Below, piece by piece: positions 1 to 9,528 of a stretch of 64,000 bases of DNA (its first letter is position 1; every line of letters starts with the position of its first letter). The stretch spans positions 1,749 to 65,748 of the forward strand of contig VFYY01000002.1 in the NCBI GenBank assembly GCA_016871375.1, read 5' to 3'. The notes under the pieces are model-generated. The model was not told the origin of the DNA and did not search any database. It saw only the letters and a list, made by a program, of their open reading frames with translations. Source of the stretch: Acidimicrobiia bacterium (lineage in GTDB: Bacteria; Acidobacteriota; Vicinamibacteria; Vicinamibacterales; UBA2999). The position numbers and the translations under genes are program-made.

Positions 1-17
1 GATTTGCGACCGCTGCC

Positions 18-1376
18 TCAGACAGCAGCAGGCGTCGCGCCGAAGTTCAGCTTCAGCCTGAACTCCCGCCGCAGCAGGAACAGGTTCAGCCCGAGGTGAA
101 TCCACACGCCGGCGACTGACAGGTACCACACCCACGCGAGCTGGAAGCCGGGCAGGCGCGCGAGCAGGAACAGCGGCACCGCGATGAGCACGATGCGCGT
201 GGCGGAGCTGACGAGCGGCGGAATCGTGTTGCCCACCGCCTGGAACATGCTCGAGGTCACGAACACGATCCCCGACGCCACGAAGCTGAAGGCGATGATC
301 GTCAGGTACTCGGTGCCGACGCTGATCGCCTGCGGGTCGGCGGAGAAGACCCGGATGATCGGCCCGGGGAAGAGCCAGAAGCACATGGCGGTCAGCATCA
401 TCACGCTGCCCGCCATCAGCGCCGCGGTGCGGAAGGTGTCCTTCACGCGCTGCGCCTGGCGCGCGCCGAAGTTCTGGCCCGCCACCGGCGCCGCCGAGAA
501 GCCGAGCGCCACGGCCGGCATGAAGCACGCCTGCAGCACGCGCCCGCCGATGCCGAAGCCCGCCTGCGCCGCCGCGCCGAACGGGCGGCTGACGACGTAG
601 ACCATGAAGAGGTAGACGGCCATGAGCGCGAACTCCGCGCCGGCGGGGAGACCGATCTTCAGCAGGTCGCGCCAGAGATCGAGCTGCGGCTTCCACTGCC
701 TCCACGCCAGCGTGAGGTACGACTCGCGCGGGATGAAGTAGACGACCAGCCACAGGATGCCCGCCACGATCGCCACGAGCGACGCGATCGCCGCGCCGGC
801 GATCCCCAGCGGCCGCCCGGTCAGCCAGCCGAACATGAGAAACGGCGCGAGCACGAGGTTGATGAGGATGGTGACCGCCCCGACCACCGAGCCCACCTTG
901 AAGTTGCCGACGCCGCGCAGGGCCGCGCCGATCGCCACGAGCGCGAACTGCAGCGCCATCGCGGGAATGAACCAGAACAGGTAGTCGGCGGCCAGCTGCG
1001 CCGTCTCCGCATCCGCGCTCATCTGCGTGGCGTACGGGACGCGGAACGCCATCACGACGACGAGGAAGACGACGCCGACGACCATCGACAGCGCCTGTGC
1101 CTGGTTGAAGACGAGCACGGCGCGGACGTGATCCTTGCGGCCCACCGCGTGCGAGACGAGCGTCGTGGTGCCGACGCCGAGCATCTGCGTCGCCGCCAGC
1201 ACGATGAACATCAGGTTGCCGCTGATGGCCACGGCGGCAATCGCCTGCGTGCCGATGCGGCCGACCCAGTAGAGGTCCACCAGCACGTACAGCGTCTGCA
1301 GCACCATCGTCACGAGCATGAAGCCCGATGTCTTCAGCAGATGGCGCGGAAGCGGGCCGGTCGTGAAGTCCTGCAT
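18..1376 (-). CDS. MATE family efflux transporter
   Basis: 452-aa polytopic ORF. The N-terminus LLKTSGFMLVTMVLQTLYVLVDLYWVGRIG and the two-fold repeat architecture are typical of NorM/DinF-like MATE exporters. It lies 10 nt downstream of the M28 gene on the same strand. Confidence 0.85.
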   Translation of the reverse strand: MQDFTTGPLPRHLLKTSGFMLVTMVLQTLYVLVDLYWVGRIGTQAIAAVAISGNLMFIVLAATQMLGVGTTTLVSHAVGRKDHVRAVLVFNQAQALSMVVGVVFLVVVMAFRVPYATQMSADAETAQLAADYLFWFIPAMALQFALVAIGAALRGVGNFKVGSVVGAVTILINLVLAPFLMFGWLTGRPLGIAGAAIASLVAIVAGILWLVVYFIPRESYLTLAWRQWKPQLDLWRDLLKIGLPAGAEFALMAVYLFMVYVVSRPFGAAAQAGFGIGGRVLQACFMPAVALGFSAAPVAGQNFGARQAQRVKDTFRTAALMAGSVMMLTAMCFWLFPGPIIRVFSADPQAISVGTEYLTIIAFSFVASGIVFVTSSMFQAVGNTIPPLVSSATRIVLIAVPLFLLARLPGFQLAWVWYLSVAGVWIHLGLNLFLLRREFRLKLNFGATPAAV

Positions 1377-1386
1377 GGGTCGGTTG

Positions 1387-2304
1387 TCAGGGAATGCGCG
1401 CGTCGAAGGTGCGCAGCGCGGCGACGATCATATCCGCTACGTCACCGAAAAACGTCACGTTGATCTTGTCCGCCGTGTCGGTCGGCTGGTGGTAATCCGG
1501 ATGGTTCTCCACGCCGAAATAGACCCAGGGCAGCCCCGCCTTGTGGAACTCACCGTGATCGGACTGCGTCGTCCAGTCGTCCGCGCCGCCGCCGGTATCG
1601 TGACCGAAGCGGACCGTGACCTTCGATGGCCTGGCGGCCTCCTCGACGATCGGCCGGATCCACGGGTGGTGCGACGTCCCCGCCGCATAGATCTCGTTCC
1701 GGTCGCTGCGCGACAGCATGTCGAGGTTGACGTTCAGCGCGATGGCGTCCCGCGGGATCAGCCCCGACTCGAGCAGCGCCGCGGCGCCGCGCTGGCCCAT
1801 CTCCTCCGCATCGAGCGCGGCGAACACGATCGGGTGCCGCGGCCGCTGCATCGAGAAATGGCGTGCAGCCGCGAGCAGGACGACCACGCCGGACGCGTTG
1901 TCATCCGCCCCGTGATAGAGGGCGCCGCCGCGGATGCCGTCGTGATCGTAATGAGCGGTGACGACGATCGTCCGCGCGCGGGGATCGGTGCCGGCCACGC
2001 GTCCGATCACGTTCGCGGCGGCTGCGCGCCCGTTGCGCCCAACTGCCGTGAACGGTTGCAGATACCCCGACGTGCCGGCCGGCGTGAGCCCGATCTCGCC
2101 GAACCGCTCGACGAGCCACGCGCGCGCCTTCATCCCCCCAGCGGTTCCGGCGCGGCGTCCTTCCATCGCGGGCGCGGCCAGCGTCGCCACCTCGCGCATG
2201 AGCCGATCGCGGTCGACGGCCGTGCCCGACTGACCCGCGAGTGTCGCAACCGCACAGGCCGCGCAGAGCAGGACCCCGAGCACCGGAGCGGTCCGCAGCC
2301 GCAT
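1387..2304 (-). CDS. M28 family metallopeptidase (aminopeptidase), secreted
   Basis: Zinc-ligand motifs VTAHYDHDG and GADDNASGVVVLLAAARHF. Start is placed at the internal ATG (2304) that gives the signal peptide MRLRTAPVLGVLLCAACAVA. The track ORF extends to 2382. Confidence 0.8.
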   Translation of the reverse strand: MRLRTAPVLGVLLCAACAVATLAGQSGTAVDRDRLMREVATLAAPAMEGRRAGTAGGMKARAWLVERFGEIGLTPAGTSGYLQPFTAVGRNGRAAAANVIGRVAGTDPRARTIVVTAHYDHDGIRGGALYHGADDNASGVVVLLAAARHFSMQRPRHPIVFAALDAEEMGQRGAAALLESGLIPRDAIALNVNLDMLSRSDRNEIYAAGTSHHPWIRPIVEEAARPSKVTVRFGHDTGGGADDWTTQSDHGEFHKAGLPWVYFGVENHPDYHQPTDTADKINVTFFGDVADMIVAALRTFDARIP

Positions 2305-2373
2305 GTCAGAGTGTAGCCCGCCTCGGCTGAAGCCACGGAGCGCACGCCTGCTGAGCACGCGTCGAAGGGCGGT

Positions 2374-5300
2374 ATGATGCACCGCGCAATGCGCCGACCG
2401 TCAGCGCTGATTGCACTTCTGGCATTTGCCCACTTTGCGTCGACGGCTGACGCGCAGACCCCTGCACGCGCCGCGGCGCTGAGTCCCGAGCGGACGCTGT
2501 CGCAGTACGTGCGCTCGGTGTGGCAGCGCGCCCAAGGGCTGCCGCAGAACTCCGTCTTCGACATCGCGCAGACGCGCGACGGCTACCTGTGGGCGGCCAC
2601 GCAGGGCGGCCTCGTGCGATTCGACGGCGTTCGCTTCACGGTGTTCTCCACGCGCACCGAGCCGTCGGTGCGGAGCGACTACTTCACGACGCTCCACGAG
2701 GATCGCAGCGGCGTGCTCTGGGCCGGCACCGCGGGCAGCGGTCTCTTCACGGTGCGCAACGGACGGCTGCAGCCGTTCGCCGCCGCGCCCGCCGGCGCGG
2801 ACTTCATCAACGCGCTGTACGAAGACGCCGACGGCACGCTGTGGATTGCAATGACCGGTGGCCTGTCGCGCCTCGCCGGCGGGAAGCTGACGACGTTCAC
2901 GACTGCCGACGGATTGCCGAGCGCCGCGGTGCGGTCGGTGACGCGCGACACGCAGGGCACTGTCTGGGTTGCGACCGAAGGCGGCATCGCGCGGTTCACG
3001 GCCGGGAAATTCGTCGCCCAGGCAACGCCGCAGCTTCCGTCGCCTGACGTCCGCGTGCTCTACGCCTCTCGCGACGGCACGGTCTGGATCGGCACCGCGC
3101 GAGGACTGGTCCGCGTGCGCGGCGGGACCACGACGACGCTGACGGCGCGCGAGGGGCTCGCGGGCGATTTCATCCGCGCCATCTTCGAGGACGCGGCCGG
3201 GTCCATGTGGATCGGGACGCAGGAGGGCGGCGTCAGCCGCATCGCCGGCGGCCGCATCGACAACTTCAGGTCGTCGGATGGCCTCCCGACCGATGACGTG
3301 CGCGCGTTTGCCACCGACGCCGACGGCGACCTGTGGATCGGGTTGAACATCGGCGGGCTCGTGCGGTTGAAGGAGCCGCGCGCGGTGACCTACGGCCAGC
3401 CGGAGGGCCTTCCGCACGACATCGTGCTGCCCGTGGCCGCGGACCGCGACGGGACGCTGTGGGCGGGCACCTACGGCGGCGGCGTGGCGCGGCTGACGAG
3501 CGGCGCCTGGACGCACCTCTCGACGCGCGACGGCCTGCTGAACGACGTCGTGCTCTCGCTGGCGCCGTCGGCGCGCGGCGGCATGTGGGTGGGCACGCGC
3601 TTCGGCATCAACCGGATCGAGGGCGGACGCGTGACGCGGCTCGGGAGCGAGGCGAACGCGCCGGACGCTGCGGTCACTGCGCTGCTCGAAGACCGGACCG
3701 GCACGCTCTGGATTGGGACGCGCGCCGGCGTGCTGCGCTACGACGGGTCGCGCGTCGGCCCCTTGCCCGCCGCGATCGACCCGGGGCCGAACCCGGTGGT
3801 GGCGATGATGGAAGCGCGCGACGGCGCGCTCTGGTTCGGCAGCGAAGGCGGCGGCGCGGCGCGCGTGTTCGAGGGCAGGCTCACGCGCTTCGGCACCGGC
3901 GACGGGCTGCCGAACCTCGCCGTGCTGACGATCTCGGAGGACTCCGACGGCGCCGTGTGGCTCGGCACCAACGGCGGCGCCGTGCGCTACCGCGACGGCC
4001 GGCTGACGACCTATCGCGCGCGCGACGGCCTCATCGACGACACCATCTACCGCATCCTCGACGACGGCGCCGGCAGCCTGTGGTTCACCTCGAACGTCGG
4101 CATCCAGCGGGTGGGCCGGGATCAATTCGCGGCCTTCGACGAGAAGCGGACGCCGCGGCTGTCGGGCGAGCAGCTCGGCGAGGCCGACGGCATGCGCAGC
4201 AGCGAGTGCAACGGCAGCGTGCAGCCGGCCGGCTGGCGGACCGCGGACGGCGTGCTCTGGTTCCCCACGATCAAAGGGCTCGTCCGCATCGATCCGGCTG
4301 CACTGGCGCTGGCGCGGAGGCCGCCGCCGGTCGTGCTGGAGGCGATCGTCGCTGACGGGCGCGAGCAGGCCGCATCCGCCCCATCCGGCAAGTCGGCAGG
4401 CGGCGGGGTCCGGCTCGAGCCGGGCGTGCGCACGCTGGAGTTCCGCTACACGGCGTTGAACCTCGGCTCCCCCGAGAGCGTGCGCTTCCGCTACCGGCTG
4501 GACGGCTTCGACGGGGACTGGATCGACGGCGGCAACCGGCGCGTGGCCTACTACACCAACCTGCCGCCGGATACGTACACGTTCCGGGTGAGCGGCGCGA
4601 ATGCCGACGGCGTCTGGAGCGACAGGGGCGCGACGGCGGTCGTCACGCTCGAGCCGTTCTTCTCGCAGACGCCCGCGTTCTATCTGCTCTCGATCGCGAC
4701 GCTCTTCCTGGTGATCTTCGGGCTGCACCGCGCGCGGGTCGGCGGCCTGCAGGCGCGCGGGCGCGAGATCGCGCGCGTGGCCGAGGAGCGCCGCTGGGCG
4801 CTCGAGGCCCTGCAGGACAGCGAGGCGCAGTTCCGGACGCTCTTCGACAACGTCAGCGAAGGCGTCTACCGCTCGACGCCGGACGGCCGCATCGTGCTCG
4901 CCAACAGATCGATGGCCACGCTGCTCGGCTACGACTCGGTCGAGGAGCTGCTGAAGGTGCCGGCGCGCGAGCTCTACGTGGACGCCGGGGAGCACGCGCG
5001 GCTGATCACGCTGGCGCGCGAGACCGGCGAGGCCCGCGCCGTCGAGGTGCACCTGCGGCGGCGCGACGGCCGGCAGGTGACGTGCCTCGAGAGCACCCGC
5101 CTCATGCGCGGCCAGGGCGAGCAGCCCGCGTATTTCGAGGGGACGCTCGTCGACATCACCGACCGCAAGCAGCTCGAGGAGCAGCTCCTGCAGCTGCAGC
5201 GCATCGAAAGCATCGGCCGGCTGGCCGGCAGCGTGGCGCACGACTTCAACAACCTGCTGACGCCGATCCTCGGGCACACCGATCTCATCGCCGAGGAGCT

Positions 5301-6306
5301 GCCCGCCGGCGATCCGCGCCGCGCGCGCATCGACCAGATCCGCAAGATGGCCCTGAGCGCGCGGTCGCTCACCCGGCAGCTCCTCGCGTTCAGCCGCCGC
5401 CAGATTCTCCACAAGCGCGTGCTCGACCTGAACGAGTCGGCGGGGCAGCTCGAGGACATGCTGCGCCGGCTCATCGGCGAGCACATCGACCTGCGCCTGC
5501 GGCTGGCCGACGGCCTGGCGCCGGTGCGCGTGGACTCGGGCCAGCTCGAGCAGGTGCTGATGAACCTGGCGGTGAACGCGCGGGACGCGATGCCGCTGGG
5601 CGGCACGCTGACGATCGAAACCGCGAACGTGACGCTCGACGAGCACACCGCCGCGCAACGGCCCGGCGTCACGGCCGGCGATTACGTGATGCTCTCGGTG
5701 ACCGACACCGGCCAGGGCATCAGTCCCGAGGTGCGCGACCACCTGTTCGAGCCGTTCGTCACCACCAAGCGCCACGGCACCGGCCTCGGCCTTTCCACCG
5801 TCTACGGCATCGTCACGCAGAGCGGCGGCCACATCACGGTCGAGAGCGAGCCGGGGCAGGGCGCGTCGTTCCGCGTCTTTCTGCCGGCGCTCCATGAAGC
5901 CGTCGCGGGACACGAAGCCGCAGCGAAGCCGGCGGTGGACACCGCGGGACGGACGATCCTGCTGGTCGAGGACGACGATGACGTACGCGGCATCGCGCGC
6001 GAGGTGCTGGAGCGCGCGGGCTACGTGGTGCTGGCGGCCGAGGATGCCGAAGACGCGCAGCGCGTCGAGGAAGCGCACGCCGGCGCCATCGACCTGCTGC
6101 TCACCGACGTCGTCATGCCGGGCCTCGGCGGCCCGGCGCTGGCCGAGCGGCTGCTCGCGCGGCGGCCCGACATGAAGGTGCTGTACACGACCGGCTACAT
6201 CGACGACGACGTCGCGCACCACGGCGTGCTGCAGCCGGGCGTGGCCGTGCTGGAGAAGCCGCTCACGCTCGAGGCGCTGCTCGAGGCTGTGCAGGAGCGC
6301 CTGTAA
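2374..6306 (+). CDS. Hybrid sensor histidine kinase/response regulator with beta-propeller and Y_Y_Y sensor region
   Basis: 1310 aa with a signal-like N-terminus and about 10 two-component-regulator-propeller type repeats (G.LW.GT..GL). Further elements: Y_Y_Y-like segment (FRYRLDGFDGDW..YTFRV), TM FYLLSIATLFLVIFGL, PAS (FRTLFDNVSEGVYRSTPDGRI), H-box SVAHDFNNLLTPILGH, HATPase boxes (NLAVNARDAM, DTGQGI, GTGLGLS) and a C-terminal receiver (LLVEDDDDVR..DLLLTDVVMPGLGG). Confidence 0.9.
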   Translation: MMHRAMRRPSALIALLAFAHFASTADAQTPARAAALSPERTLSQYVRSVWQRAQGLPQNSVFDIAQTRDGYLWAATQGGLVRFDGVRFTVFSTRTEPSVRSDYFTTLHEDRSGVLWAGTAGSGLFTVRNGRLQPFAAAPAGADFINALYEDADGTLWIAMTGGLSRLAGGKLTTFTTADGLPSAAVRSVTRDTQGTVWVATEGGIARFTAGKFVAQATPQLPSPDVRVLYASRDGTVWIGTARGLVRVRGGTTTTLTAREGLAGDFIRAIFEDAAGSMWIGTQEGGVSRIAGGRIDNFRSSDGLPTDDVRAFATDADGDLWIGLNIGGLVRLKEPRAVTYGQPEGLPHDIVLPVAADRDGTLWAGTYGGGVARLTSGAWTHLSTRDGLLNDVVLSLAPSARGGMWVGTRFGINRIEGGRVTRLGSEANAPDAAVTALLEDRTGTLWIGTRAGVLRYDGSRVGPLPAAIDPGPNPVVAMMEARDGALWFGSEGGGAARVFEGRLTRFGTGDGLPNLAVLTISEDSDGAVWLGTNGGAVRYRDGRLTTYRARDGLIDDTIYRILDDGAGSLWFTSNVGIQRVGRDQFAAFDEKRTPRLSGEQLGEADGMRSSECNGSVQPAGWRTADGVLWFPTIKGLVRIDPAALALARRPPPVVLEAIVADGREQAASAPSGKSAGGGVRLEPGVRTLEFRYTALNLGSPESVRFRYRLDGFDGDWIDGGNRRVAYYTNLPPDTYTFRVSGANADGVWSDRGATAVVTLEPFFSQTPAFYLLSIATLFLVIFGLHRARVGGLQARGREIARVAEERRWALEALQDSEAQFRTLFDNVSEGVYRSTPDGRIVLANRSMATLLGYDSVEELLKVPARELYVDAGEHARLITLARETGEARAVEVHLRRRDGRQVTCLESTRLMRGQGEQPAYFEGTLVDITDRKQLEEQLLQLQRIESIGRLAGSVAHDFNNLLTPILGHTDLIAEELPAGDPRRARIDQIRKMALSARSLTRQLLAFSRRQILHKRVLDLNESAGQLEDMLRRLIGEHIDLRLRLADGLAPVRVDSGQLEQVLMNLAVNARDAMPLGGTLTIETANVTLDEHTAAQRPGVTAGDYVMLSVTDTGQGISPEVRDHLFEPFVTTKRHGTGLGLSTVYGIVTQSGGHITVESEPGQGASFRVFLPALHEAVAGHEAAAKPAVDTAGRTILLVEDDDDVRGIAREVLERAGYVVLAAEDAEDAQRVEEAHAGAIDLLLTDVVMPGLGGPALAERLLARRPDMKVLYTTGYIDDDVAHHGVLQPGVAVLEKPLTLEALLEAVQERL

Positions 6307-6342
6307 TGTGGCATCCTTCCGGTTCTCTGATGGAGGAGTGAT

Positions 6343-7602
6343 ATGCGCCCGATGAAGATGCTTTCCGTGACCGTTGCGATCGTCGCTGCCGTGGTCGTTC
6401 TACGGGCGACGCTTGCGTCGCCCCTACAGGCGCAGGCCGGCGCACGCGTCTTCGAGGGGGCGCGTCTCATCGTCGGCGACGGCAGCGCGCCGATCGAAGA
6501 CTCCGCGTTCGTCGTGCAGGGGAACCGCATCACCGCCGTCGGCCGGCGGGGCCAGGTGAACGCGCCGGCGGGCGCGCAGCGCGTCGATCTCACCGGCAAG
6601 ACCGTGATGCCGGCGATCGTCGACACGCACACGCACCTCAGCCAGGCGAAGGATGCGCTCAGCAGCGACCTGCGGCGGCGTCCGTACTACGGCGTCAGCG
6701 CGGCGATGAGCCTCGGCCAGGATCTGGCGGACGCGATGTCGATGCGCGGGCAGCCGCAGCCCGGCCTGGCGCGCTTCTTCAGCGCCGGCCTGGGCATCAC
6801 CGGGCTGGAGAAGGGGCGCATGACGTCGGCCATCCAGGTCACCACGCCCGCTGAAGCGCGGGCGGCCGTGCAGAAGGTGGCGGCGACCAAGCCCGACGTC
6901 ATCAAGATCTGGATCGACGACCGCATGGGCACGGTCGTCAAGCTCGCTCCGGATCTGTATGCCGCGGTGATCGACGAGGCGCATCGCAGCAAGCTCCGCG
7001 TCACGGCGCACATCTTCGCGCTCGAGGACGCCAAGGGCGCCACCAAGGCGGGCCTCGACGCCTACGCCCACGTGCCGGCGCGCGACAAGGACGTGGACGA
7101 CGAGTTCATGGCCATTCTCAAGGCGCGCAACCCGTCCACGGTGTGGCTGGTGCCGAACCTGCCCAACCGCGGCGTGCGCATGGATCTGAGCTGGCTGAAG
7201 GACAGCCTGCCCGCCGCGGAGCTGCAGAAGCTCGAGATGGGCAACACCGACAACGCCCAGGCGCAGCAGGCGTTCGGCATCCAGGCGCGCAACCTGAAGA
7301 AGATGAGCGACGCCGGCGTGCGCGTCATCCTCGGCACCGACGGCAACACGGCCTGGCAGCCGCACGTGGAGATGGCGGACATGGTGGCGTCCGGGCTGAC
7401 GCCGATGCAGGTGATCGTCGCCTCGACGCGCAACGGCGCCGAGTTCCTGCGCATGGCCGACGCGGGCACGATCGCCGCCGACAAGAGCGCGGACTTCATC
7501 GTGCTCGACGCCAACCCGCTCGACGACATCACGAACACGCGCAAGATCAATCGCGTGTTCCTGCGCGGCGACGAGGTCAATCGCGCGGTCTCGACACAGT
7601 AG
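6343..7602 (+). CDS. Amidohydrolase family protein, secreted (paralog 1 of 3)
   Basis: Signal peptide MRPMKMLSVTVAIVAAVVVLRA. Metal-binding motif VMPAIVDTHTHL and C-terminal ADFIVLDANPLDDI typical of metal-dependent amidohydrolases. The stop TAG lies inside a REP hairpin. Confidence 0.8.
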   Translation: MRPMKMLSVTVAIVAAVVVLRATLASPLQAQAGARVFEGARLIVGDGSAPIEDSAFVVQGNRITAVGRRGQVNAPAGAQRVDLTGKTVMPAIVDTHTHLSQAKDALSSDLRRRPYYGVSAAMSLGQDLADAMSMRGQPQPGLARFFSAGLGITGLEKGRMTSAIQVTTPAEARAAVQKVAATKPDVIKIWIDDRMGTVVKLAPDLYAAVIDEAHRSKLRVTAHIFALEDAKGATKAGLDAYAHVPARDKDVDDEFMAILKARNPSTVWLVPNLPNRGVRMDLSWLKDSLPAAELQKLEMGNTDNAQAQQAFGIQARNLKKMSDAGVRVILGTDGNTAWQPHVEMADMVASGLTPMQVIVASTRNGAEFLRMADAGTIAADKSADFIVLDANPLDDITNTRKINRVFLRGDEVNRAVSTQ

Positions 7603-7624
7603 GGGCGGGGCACGCCCCGCCCGT
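7599..7624. repeat. REP-A hairpin (GTAG + GGGCGGGGC-AC-GCCCCGCCC) between convergent genes
   Basis: Read directly as GTAGGGGCGGGGCACGCCCCGCCCGT. The GTAG head contains the stop codon of the 6343..7602 gene. It probably also acts as a bidirectional terminator-like structure. Confidence 0.8.
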
Positions 7625-8841
7625 CACCGGATCGGCTGTCCGACGATGAGGGCCCGGTTGGCTCCCGCCCGCGGGCGGAACTTCTGGGCCCTCCCGTTGT
7701 TCACCTCGGCGAGATAGAGATTTCCCTCCGGGTCCACGCTCATGCCGTGGACGTTCCACATCGCGCCGGGCCACTCGCCCTGGCTGCCCCACGAGTAGAG
7801 ATAGTGGCCGTCGATGTCGTACTTGACGATCTTCGACGTCGAGTTGTCGGCGACCCACAGGCTGCGATCCGCGGACAGGTAGAGCACCTGCGGCGTTGAC
7901 GGGCGGCCGGTGCCGAACTGATCGAGGAACGTGCCGTTCTCGTCGAACACCTGGATGCGCGCGCTGGAACGGTCGGTCACGTACACGCGCCGGCTGCGTG
8001 GATCGACCTGCACGCCGTGCACCGCGTCGAAGGTGCCCGGCCGCGTGTCGTTCGGCGGCGTGCCCTTCTGCCCCCATGCCCTCAGGAACGTGCCGTCCTT
8101 GTCGAACTTCACCACGCGCGTGTTGGCGTAGCCGTCGGAGACAAAGAGCGTGGAGTCGGGCAGCCACGCCAGGAACGTCGGCCTGTTGAAGTGTGTCGCG
8201 TCTTCGCCGGGCACGCCGCGGACGCCGAGCGTCTGCACCAGCGTCTTGCCGTCGTTGGTGAACTTGTAGACGGCGTGCTGCCGGTCGTCCACGACCCAGA
8301 CGTGCTTCTGCGGGTCGTACGGGTTGATCGCCACCGAATGCGGACGCCGGAAGATCGAGTCCCACTGGGTCCACGACTCGACGATGTTGCCCGCCGCGTC
8401 GACGACGACGAGGCAGTGCTCCCAGCGCGCGTCCACGCCGAGGGTCCCCTTCCAGCCGTTCCAGCCGTCGCTGCCCGAGTTGCCCGGGCTGCTGAGGGGA
8501 CCGACCGACGCGTTGCGGAACGGCGTCTGCGAGACGGGGAAGGAGAGACTGGGCCCGACGCCGGGGTACGGCACTTCCGCCGGCCGCTCGAGCAGCGGCA
8601 GCTCGCCGCGCTGCAGCACGTACACGCGGTTGGCGCTTTCCGCGAAGATCCCCTGCACGGCGCCCCACGTCCACGTCTCGTGGCCGGCGAGCTGCGACAG
8701 CGGCCTGGGCCAGTTCGCCACCACCTCGTACGGCCCGGTCTGATCCTGGCCGCCCTTCTGGCCGGGCACAGCCGCGAACTGCGCGTGGACGGCGACGCCG
8801 GCGGCGACGGCGAAGGCGATGGCCAGGACGTGTCTCATCAT
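7624..8841 (-). CDS. NHL-repeat beta-propeller protein, secreted (peptidylglycine-amidating-lyase-like fold)
   Basis: Start is placed at ATGATG (8841) giving signal peptide MMRHVLAIAFAVAAGVAVHA. The upstream 196 codons of the track ORF are Arg/Gly-rich junk. NHL-like repeats are present (YVTDRSSARIQVFDENGTFLDQFG, LYLAEVNNGRAQKF). ATGA overlap with the stop of the upstream DsbA gene. Confidence 0.7.
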   Translation of the reverse strand: MMRHVLAIAFAVAAGVAVHAQFAAVPGQKGGQDQTGPYEVVANWPRPLSQLAGHETWTWGAVQGIFAESANRVYVLQRGELPLLERPAEVPYPGVGPSLSFPVSQTPFRNASVGPLSSPGNSGSDGWNGWKGTLGVDARWEHCLVVVDAAGNIVESWTQWDSIFRRPHSVAINPYDPQKHVWVVDDRQHAVYKFTNDGKTLVQTLGVRGVPGEDATHFNRPTFLAWLPDSTLFVSDGYANTRVVKFDKDGTFLRAWGQKGTPPNDTRPGTFDAVHGVQVDPRSRRVYVTDRSSARIQVFDENGTFLDQFGTGRPSTPQVLYLSADRSLWVADNSTSKIVKYDIDGHYLYSWGSQGEWPGAMWNVHGMSVDPEGNLYLAEVNNGRAQKFRPRAGANRALIVGQPIR

Positions 8842-9464
8842 CGAGCTCTCCTCAGCGCCTCGGCGAAGATGTCGGCCGACTGCGCGCCTGAAATGGCGAA
8901 GCGGTTGTCGATCACGAAGAACGGGACGCCGCTCACCTGGAGCGCGGCGGCGTCCTGCCGATCGACCCGCACCGCGTCGGCGAAGCCGTCGCCCGCGAGC
9001 ATCCGCGCCGTCTCCTCGCGGTCGAGTCCCGCATCCACCGCGAGCGCCGTCAGCGACTCGTGGTCGAAGATCGACCGCTGTTCCGTGAAGTAGGCGCGAT
9101 AGAGCCGCTCGAGCGCGGCATCCTCGAGCCCCTTGCCCCGGGCGAGGTGAATCACGCGGTGGGCGTCGAACGTGTTGCCGGTGCTGGTGCCCGCCAGATG
9201 GTAGTCGAGTCCTTCGGCAGCCGCCACCTGCTGCATCCGCGCGTCCATGGCGTCGGCCTGCGGCGCCGACCAGCCGTACTTCGACATCAGGTGCGCGCGC
9301 CGGCTCGACGCCCCGTCCTTCGGCGCGCCGGGGTTGAGCTGGAACGCGCGGTGCACCACCTCGACGGCGGGCGGACCGTCGAGCAGCGCGATCGCCCGCT
9401 CGAACCGCCGCTTGCCGATGTAGCACCACGGACAGACGATGTCGGACCAGACGTCGACGCGCAA
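8838..9464 (-). CDS. DsbA-family thiol oxidoreductase (FrnE-like)
   Basis: CPWC active site in VDVWSDIVCPWCYIGKRRFE. Start is placed at the in-frame TTG at 9464, which has GAGGA 6 nt upstream. The track ORF start at 9653 adds 63 non-protein-like residues. Confidence 0.78.
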   Translation of the reverse strand: MRVDVWSDIVCPWCYIGKRRFERAIALLDGPPAVEVVHRAFQLNPGAPKDGASSRRAHLMSKYGWSAPQADAMDARMQQVAAAEGLDYHLAGTSTGNTFDAHRVIHLARGKGLEDAALERLYRAYFTEQRSIFDHESLTALAVDAGLDREETARMLAGDGFADAVRVDRQDAAALQVSGVPFFVIDNRFAISGAQSADIFAEALRRAR

Positions 9465-9528
9465 CGGTATCCTCGTGCGGGGGTAGGTACAGTCTACGAA
9501 CGAACCCCCGGAAGCAGGACCGTTGACG

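Noticed and set aside
2401-6222. 1273-aa ORF antisense to the hybrid histidine kinase
   Set aside because: Arg/Ala/Gly/Pro-rich nonsense composition with no motifs. It is exactly antisense to a gene with clear domain architecture. This is the typical stop-codon-poor antisense frame of high-GC DNA.
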